DNA of 64,000 nucleotides from an uncultured delta proteobacterium (lineage in GTDB: Bacteria > Desulfobacterota > Binatia > Binatales > Binataceae): positions 2,811,103-2,875,102 of the forward strand of contig CAWJET010000001.1 in assembly GCA_963842085.1 (NCBI GenBank), in the 5' to 3' direction. The notes below the pieces were generated by a model. The model was not told where the DNA came from, did no database searches, and saw only the letters and a list, made by a program, of their open reading frames with translations. A program made the translations under genes and the position numbers. The number at the start of each line of letters is the position of its first letter. Position 1 is the stretch's first letter. This document shows positions 58,760 to 64,000 of this stretch, in pieces.

Positions 58760-59440
58760 TCATTCCGCGCGCATCGTGTATCCGACTCCGCGCACGGTGA
58801 CTATCAGCGAGCGATCGGCGCGCGGATCGATCTTCTGCCGCAATCGATTGACGAAAACTTCGATCAGGTTGGTCAGCGCGTTGTAGTTCGAATCCCAGAC
58901 GGTCTCCGCGATCATGTCGCGCGTCACCACCTGTCCGGCGTTTCGCATCAGCAATTCGAGCAGCATCTTTTCCTTCGGCGACAGGTTCAGATTGTGCTCG
59001 CCGATTTTCGCGCGCCGCTTAACGGTGTCGAATTCCAGGTCACCGACCTTGAGAATCGGCGATGCAGGGGTCCGCGGACGCCGCGCCAACGCCTTGATTC
59101 TCGCCACCAGCTCGGCAAACGCGAACGGCTTGACCAGGTAGTCGTCGCCGCCCGTGTCGAGTCCGGCCACGCGTTCCTCCAACGCGCCGCGCGCGGTCAG
59201 GATCAATACCGGCGTCTGATTGCCCGCCGCGCGCATCTCGCGCAGCAGGTCCAGCCCGTTTTTCCCAGGCAACCCCACGTCCAGTACGATTAGATCGAGC
59301 GCGCCGCGCGCGACTATCGGCTCGGCCTCCTCCGCACTCCCTGCCAGTTCGACCGCGAAGCCGTCCTCGACGAGTCCTTGCTTGACCGCGGTGGCCAGCC
59401 GAGTCTCGTCCTCGATCACCAGTATCCGAAGCGCATTCAT
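58760..59440 (-). CDS. OmpR-family response regulator (CusR/CopR-like)
   Basis: A receiver domain (LIVLDVGLPGKNG, conserved Asp/Lys) and a winged-helix output domain (VRGVGYTM). The N-terminal extension was trimmed to MNALRIL. Confidence 0.85.
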   Translation of the reverse strand: MNALRILVIEDETRLATAVKQGLVEDGFAVELAGSAEEAEPIVARGALDLIVLDVGLPGKNGLDLLREMRAAGNQTPVLILTARGALEERVAGLDTGGDDYLVKPFAFAELVARIKALARRPRTPASPILKVGDLEFDTVKRRAKIGEHNLNLSPKEKMLLELLMRNAGQVVTRDMIAETVWDSNYNALTNLIEVFVNRLRQKIDPRADRSLIVTVRGVGYTMRAE

Positions 59441-59493
59441 ACCCCCCGATGCTGGCACGCCGCCGCCTCCAAAAAAAGCGTGCGCCCACCCCG

Positions 59494-60129
59494 TCAGATC
59501 GCCAGCGAGAGTACTCCGGCTGCCACCAGCGCGCCTGCCCAGATTGTGTCCAGGTTGATCCAGGCGCTGCGCAGGATCGCCAGCCCGACCCACTCATAAA
59601 CCAGGATCGCGATTACCCCGGTCACCGCGATCATTGCGCCCGTATGCACCAGCACTACCGCTAATGCCTGCGCGACGGTATGCGCGTGAGCCGCAGTCAT
59701 GTGATGCGCGTGCGGAGAATTCGGCGTCATCCCGATCAATATCGGGAACAGCATCAGGCCCGCGCCATGCGCCGACGCCATCAGGAACGACCACAGCGCG
59801 AGCTCCGCCGCGTTCACCCGCATCGCAACCCAGCGCGGATGCGCGCGCGGCCAGAAAAAGCGGAACAGCCCGAACAGGATCAGCGCGGTCGCGCCGATTG
59901 GGCGAAGAAGATCGATGGCGAAGAACAGCCGCAGTCCGCCGATTATCGCAACGACGGCTGCGATGGACACGAGATGTCCCAGCGCGATTGGACCAAGCGC
60001 CCAAATGACCTTCGAGCGCCGCCGCTCCTGCAGCCCAAGCGCCACCGCGAACAGCCAGCCCATCGACGGATCGACGCCGTGATACGCGCCGAGCGCCGCG
60101 ACCGCGATCCACGGCCAAGCCGGCGTCAC
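59494..60129 (-). CDS. His-rich integral membrane protein (putative metal transporter/chaperone)
   Basis: About six TM helices and a His-rich loop (MTPNSPHAHHMTAAHAHT). A GTG start overlaps the stop of the upstream SBP56 gene (GTGA). Confidence 0.5.
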   Translation of the reverse strand: MTPAWPWIAVAALGAYHGVDPSMGWLFAVALGLQERRRSKVIWALGPIALGHLVSIAAVVAIIGGLRLFFAIDLLRPIGATALILFGLFRFFWPRAHPRWVAMRVNAAELALWSFLMASAHGAGLMLFPILIGMTPNSPHAHHMTAAHAHTVAQALAVVLVHTGAMIAVTGVIAILVYEWVGLAILRSAWINLDTIWAGALVAAGVLSLAI

Positions 60130-61517
60130 GGATAGCAGAACGAGTCGGACGACGAATCGCCGCCCTCGAGGCGAATCTGATGCGCCCGCTCGCCATCGAA
60201 GGTCGTGAAGAAGTTCGGATCGATCGTCATCCCGCCCGCCGGCGCGCAATCGATCTTCGCGACCCAGCCGCGCACACCCTCGGGATAGAACTGCGCGTCC
60301 CACGCCCCGTACAGCGAGTTCGACAGGTAAACGCGCCGCCCGTCGCGGCTCAGCTCGATCATCTGCGACGCGCCGTTGAGCGGCCCGCTCTTCGGATGCT
60401 TGCCGTGCGACACGATTCCGCCCAGCCGCACCGTGCCCGTCAGCTTGGGCTTGAACGGGTCGCTCACGTCGTATTGCTTCAGGTCGCCGGTGCCGAAGCA
60501 CGCGACGTACAGGAACTTGTCGTCGAGACTCAGGTTGATGTCGGTGATAAGCGGCGGCACCGCCTTGAACGGTTTGAGCGCCGGCGGCAACTGGCTCTCG
60601 TCAGCGGGCTCGGCGGGAATTTCGATCACCTTGCGGACTTTCCAGTCGCCGCCGTCGCGATGCCACAGCCAGATCGACGCCGACAAGTCCTTGGTCGAGA
60701 TCACCACGCCGACGAAGCCGTAGGTCTTGGTCGGATCGTGCGATGGGCGCAGCTCGAGCACCAGTTGATGCTCGGCGCCGAGGTCGAGCGCCTTCAGATG
60801 GCGGCGGTTGCGCAGATTCCAGATATGAATCGCATGTCCGTACTTGTTCCCGAGCAGCAGTTCGGGCACCACGCCGTTTTCGATCATGTTCGGCGTGCCC
60901 CATTCGCTGGTGATGGCCACGTCCCAGCCGAGATGCCACCAGAAATCGTAAGCGAACCACTGCGGCCCGCGCTCGACTTCCCATCGCCCGAGCACGTCGA
61001 AGCTTTCGTGGTCGAGCAGGAAAATTCCGCCAGGCCCGTCGCCCTTCGGATTGCCCAGCGCGCTCACGTAAATCGCGTCGGGTCCGCAATGCACCGTATG
61101 CGGCCGGCTGTAGCCCGCGCGCGCCGCGATCTCCTCGGCCTCGATCGTCTTCACCAGCTTCGGCTTGCGCGCGTCGGGCTTGGTGTCGAAAACGTAAATC
61201 CGCGACGAGCGCAGTCCCGGCACCAGCAGGTAGCGCCGCTCTATATGCGGATGCGGCGCATACGGACACAGCGCCGCGCTGCACGCGTTCCAGCCAAAGT
61301 GATGCAGCTCGTCGCCGGCGTTCGGCACTTCGGAGCGCCCGACCACGTGCGAGTAGGTCTTCGATTTCGGGTCGAGATCGAGCACGCACAGCGCGTCATG
61401 CTTGCCGTTGGCGGGCGTCGGGTTGAACGCCACGACGTAGCCGAGCTGCTCGCGCGGCGCCTGCATCGCCATTCGCGCCGAAGGATAAAACGTCTGATCG
61501 GGTTTCCATAGCGCCAT
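60126..61517 (-). CDS. Selenium-binding protein 56 family / methanethiol oxidase homolog
   Basis: Full-length colinearity with SELENBP1 as I recall it: HHFGWNACSAALCP, ITDINLSLDDKFLYVACFGTGDLKQYDVSDPFKPKLTG and a C-terminal GGDSSSDSFCYP. Confidence 0.85.
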   Translation of the reverse strand: MALWKPDQTFYPSARMAMQAPREQLGYVVAFNPTPANGKHDALCVLDLDPKSKTYSHVVGRSEVPNAGDELHHFGWNACSAALCPYAPHPHIERRYLLVPGLRSSRIYVFDTKPDARKPKLVKTIEAEEIAARAGYSRPHTVHCGPDAIYVSALGNPKGDGPGGIFLLDHESFDVLGRWEVERGPQWFAYDFWWHLGWDVAITSEWGTPNMIENGVVPELLLGNKYGHAIHIWNLRNRRHLKALDLGAEHQLVLELRPSHDPTKTYGFVGVVISTKDLSASIWLWHRDGGDWKVRKVIEIPAEPADESQLPPALKPFKAVPPLITDINLSLDDKFLYVACFGTGDLKQYDVSDPFKPKLTGTVRLGGIVSHGKHPKSGPLNGASQMIELSRDGRRVYLSNSLYGAWDAQFYPEGVRGWVAKIDCAPAGGMTIDPNFFTTFDGERAHQIRLEGGDSSSDSFCYP

Positions 61518-61688
61518 GTATTCGCACCGCCTTCCGGATGATGCTTCCGACCGTAGCCAACCCGCCGAGTCTCAGGCAAGCCTTACCACCAACACCGATG
61601 CGCGAAATCGTTGCCCTACGCGCCGTTGCTTGATGTAACATCGCGATGGCGCCGGCACGGCGACTACCCAATCGGGATGCAACGAAAA

Positions 61689-62504
61689 ATGCCGATGGAA
61701 GACAAAACCGTTCTCTACGAGAAGCACGACCGCATTGCCAAAGTCATCCTCAACCGCCCGCGCTACAAGAACGCGCAATCGCGGCGCCTGCTTGAGGAAA
61801 TGGACGCCGCCTTCGCCGAGGCCAACGCCGACGACGACGTCCGCGTCATCATTCTCGCCGGCGCCGGCGACAATTTCTGCTCCGGCCACGACCTCGGGAC
61901 GCCCGAGGAAAAAGAGGATCAGGCGCGCCGCCCGTTTCCCAAGGGCGTGCGCGGCGAGTACGCCCGCTCGCGCCAGATGTTCCTCGACAACACGCTGCGA
62001 TGGCGCGATCTGGACAAGCCCACCATTGCCCAGGTCCAGGGCTTGTGCATCTTCGGCGGCTGGATGTTCGCGGCCGCGATGGATCTCATCGTCGCTTCCG
62101 ACGACGCGAAGTTCCTGCCCGCGCTCCTGCAATACTTCTCCATCCCGTGGGACATTCCGCCGCGCAAGGCCAAGGAAATCCTTTTCCAGAGCCGCTTCGT
62201 CGACGCCGAAGAGGCCGCCCGCCTCGGCTTTGTCAACATGGTGGTGCCGCGCGCCCAACTCGAGGCTGAAACGATGGCGCTCGCGAATCGAATTGCGGAG
62301 AGCGACCGCTTCACGCTCCGCATGGTCAAGTGGGCGGTGAATTCCGCGCAGGACGCGATGGGCTTCAGCACCGCGATTCGTAACGCCCATTCGCATCACA
62401 TGATTCTCGGCATCGGCGGCCTGATTCAGGCCAAAATGCAGGGCAAGGAGCTGCCCAAGCGGATGCCGGGGGTCGAGCAGGCGCTCAAGAAAGTACGGAG
62501 GTAG
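61689..62504 (+). CDS. Enoyl-CoA hydratase/isomerase family protein
   Basis: Crotonase motifs (ILAGAGDNFCSGHDLG; GLCIFGGWMFAAAMDL). The start was trimmed to MPMEDKT. Confidence 0.8.
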   Translation: MPMEDKTVLYEKHDRIAKVILNRPRYKNAQSRRLLEEMDAAFAEANADDDVRVIILAGAGDNFCSGHDLGTPEEKEDQARRPFPKGVRGEYARSRQMFLDNTLRWRDLDKPTIAQVQGLCIFGGWMFAAAMDLIVASDDAKFLPALLQYFSIPWDIPPRKAKEILFQSRFVDAEEAARLGFVNMVVPRAQLEAETMALANRIAESDRFTLRMVKWAVNSAQDAMGFSTAIRNAHSHHMILGIGGLIQAKMQGKELPKRMPGVEQALKKVRR

Positions 62505-62596
62505 GGCGCCGATCCCGGCGCTTGGCTCGCTTACGGGAACTTGCTAGACTTTAGCGTCGCTGGAATGGACAGTCTGTTCCGTACTCGCGGGGATTA

Positions 62597-63139
62597 GTGG
62601 AAGTTTCGCGGCGTAGCTTTCTGAGAATGGGCGCGATTGCCGCTGCACAACTCGTTGTGCCAGCGGCCGCGCTTGCGCGCACGACCGTCCAGCTTCGTCG
62701 CCGTTCGCTCAAGTTCCACGCCCTGCACACCGGCGAGAGTCTGACCACGACCTACTGGGAGAACGGCCGCTACGTCCCGGAAGAACTCGACCGAATCAAC
62801 TACATCCTGCGCGATTTCCGCGCCAACGAAATAAAACCGATCGATCCCGCGCTGCTCGATCTGCTGACCCGGATCCAGTATGGATTAAGCACCAACGAGC
62901 CGTTCCAGGTGATTTCCGGATACCGCTCGCCGGTGACCAACGCGATGCTCCATGCGAACAGCGAAGGCGTCGCCGTCCACAGCCTTCACATCGAAGGCAA
63001 GGCGATCGATATTTCCGTCCCGGGGCGCACCCTCGAACAGCTCCGCGGCGCCGCTCTGGCGCAGCGCTCCGGCGGCGTCGGCTACTACCCGCGCACCGGC
63101 TTCGTCCACGTCGACACCGGCCGCGTCCGCTTCTGGTAA
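62597..63139 (+). CDS. DUF882 (YcbK-like, peptidase M15A-fold) protein with Tat signal
   Basis: A Tat motif SRRSFLRMGAIAAAQ and a C-terminal YcbK-like region with HxxxxxxD / H metal-binding motifs (AVHSLHIEGKAIDI...VHVD). Confidence 0.7.
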   Translation: MEVSRRSFLRMGAIAAAQLVVPAAALARTTVQLRRRSLKFHALHTGESLTTTYWENGRYVPEELDRINYILRDFRANEIKPIDPALLDLLTRIQYGLSTNEPFQVISGYRSPVTNAMLHANSEGVAVHSLHIEGKAIDISVPGRTLEQLRGAALAQRSGGVGYYPRTGFVHVDTGRVRFW

Positions 63140-63191
63140 CCATCTATTTTGGTTCCACTTCCACCTGGGGAAGGGGTTTAGGGTTAGGTTC

Positions 63192-63935
63192 CTACTTCGT
63201 CGCGACCGCTACCAGCCGCTCCGCGCGATTGTCGTACGGCGAACCGCTCAAGCTGCCGAATAGTTCAACTTCGCGGAATCCCGCCTGCTTCAACACTTCC
63301 CTGATCTCGGCGCCCGAGTAAGGCCGGCACGAGAACGTCAGCTCCATCCGCCTCTTTCGCCCGATCATCGTCCAATGACTCTCGAGCCAATCCCATCCGC
63401 TCCTGAGTTTGCGTTCCTGCAGCAGGATCGCGCCGTCGGGCAATCGCTCCCAGGTCCGCTCGTTAAAGTTGCGCGCCAAGACTTCCTTGCCCATCATTTC
63501 GATCACAAGGCGCGCGTTGGCTTTCAACGCATCATGAAGGTTCCGTGCGACCAGCAAGTCTTCGGCCTGGTCGGCAAAGTAGCCGAACGAGGTCACGCAG
63601 TTGATTGCGCCGTCGAAGGCGTTCGTCCGCCTGAACGTGCGCATGTCCTCCTGCACCCATTCGACGGTCACGCCTTCCTTGCGGGCGCTGGCTTCCGCGC
63701 GATCGAGAAATGCCCGTGTGCGATCGACTCCGGTTATGGCCAGCCCGCGCCGCGCCAGCGCGATCGAATGCCGACCGATACCGCAGCACAGATCGAGCAC
63801 GCTCTGGCCGGGCGCGACGCCGAGCAGTTTGATTAGTCCGTCGGCCTGCGCGCCGGAACTCTCGACCCGCTCAGGCGTGAAGAAGAAGGGTGCGAAGCTC
63901 TCCCAGAATTCGTCGTCTTCGTACCACTCGGGCAT
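63192..63935 (-). CDS. Class I SAM-dependent methyltransferase
   Basis: Motif I VLDLCCGIGRHS and post-I acidic residue; 247 aa. Confidence 0.8.
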   Translation of the reverse strand: MPEWYEDDEFWESFAPFFFTPERVESSGAQADGLIKLLGVAPGQSVLDLCCGIGRHSIALARRGLAITGVDRTRAFLDRAEASARKEGVTVEWVQEDMRTFRRTNAFDGAINCVTSFGYFADQAEDLLVARNLHDALKANARLVIEMMGKEVLARNFNERTWERLPDGAILLQERKLRSGWDWLESHWTMIGRKRRMELTFSCRPYSGAEIREVLKQAGFREVELFGSLSGSPYDNRAERLVAVATK

Positions 63936-64000
63936 TGCGCGCTACAGCGTCCGCCGCAGAAAATCGAACATCTTGTCGAGTCCTTGCCGGCAGCCCGACA

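Overview
High-GC (~65%) bacterial chromosomal segment, probably from a Gram-negative organism given the TolC-like outer membrane factor and tripartite RND pump. It is densely coding (about 70 genes) with no integrase, transposase or CRISPR array. Core metabolic genes include gltA (partial), ispG, folK, tal/fsa, dapB, an aminotransferase and glgX. A thiolase-fold/DUF35/PHP/split-MaoC hydratase cluster is present at 5.1-8.3 kb, and a frameshifted HepT/MntA toxin-antitoxin pair at 8.7-9.4 kb. An 11-kb respiratory operon at 19.1-30.3 kb encodes alternative complex III (ActABCDF, no ActE) followed directly by a caa3-type cytochrome oxidase (CoxB-cyt c fusion, CoxA/III fusion, CoxD, CtaG) and an internally duplicated membrane protein. 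At 42.9-46.0 kb there is an orphan boxC-boxB (benzoyl-CoA epoxidase pathway) pair with a MerR regulator and a glutaredoxin. A copper/sulfur-flavoured neighbourhood at 50-61.5 kb holds a cupredoxin, tRNA-Leu(CAA), an RR-HK-OMF-MFP-RND efflux operon, a His-rich membrane protein and an SBP56/methanethiol-oxidase homolog. Two distinct families of hairpin-forming miniature intergenic repeats recur (3 and 2 copies). Several small or hypothetical proteins with internal duplications or Cys/His motifs are the most novel-looking items. All calls rest on reading the translated ORFs and raw sequence by eye, with no database search.
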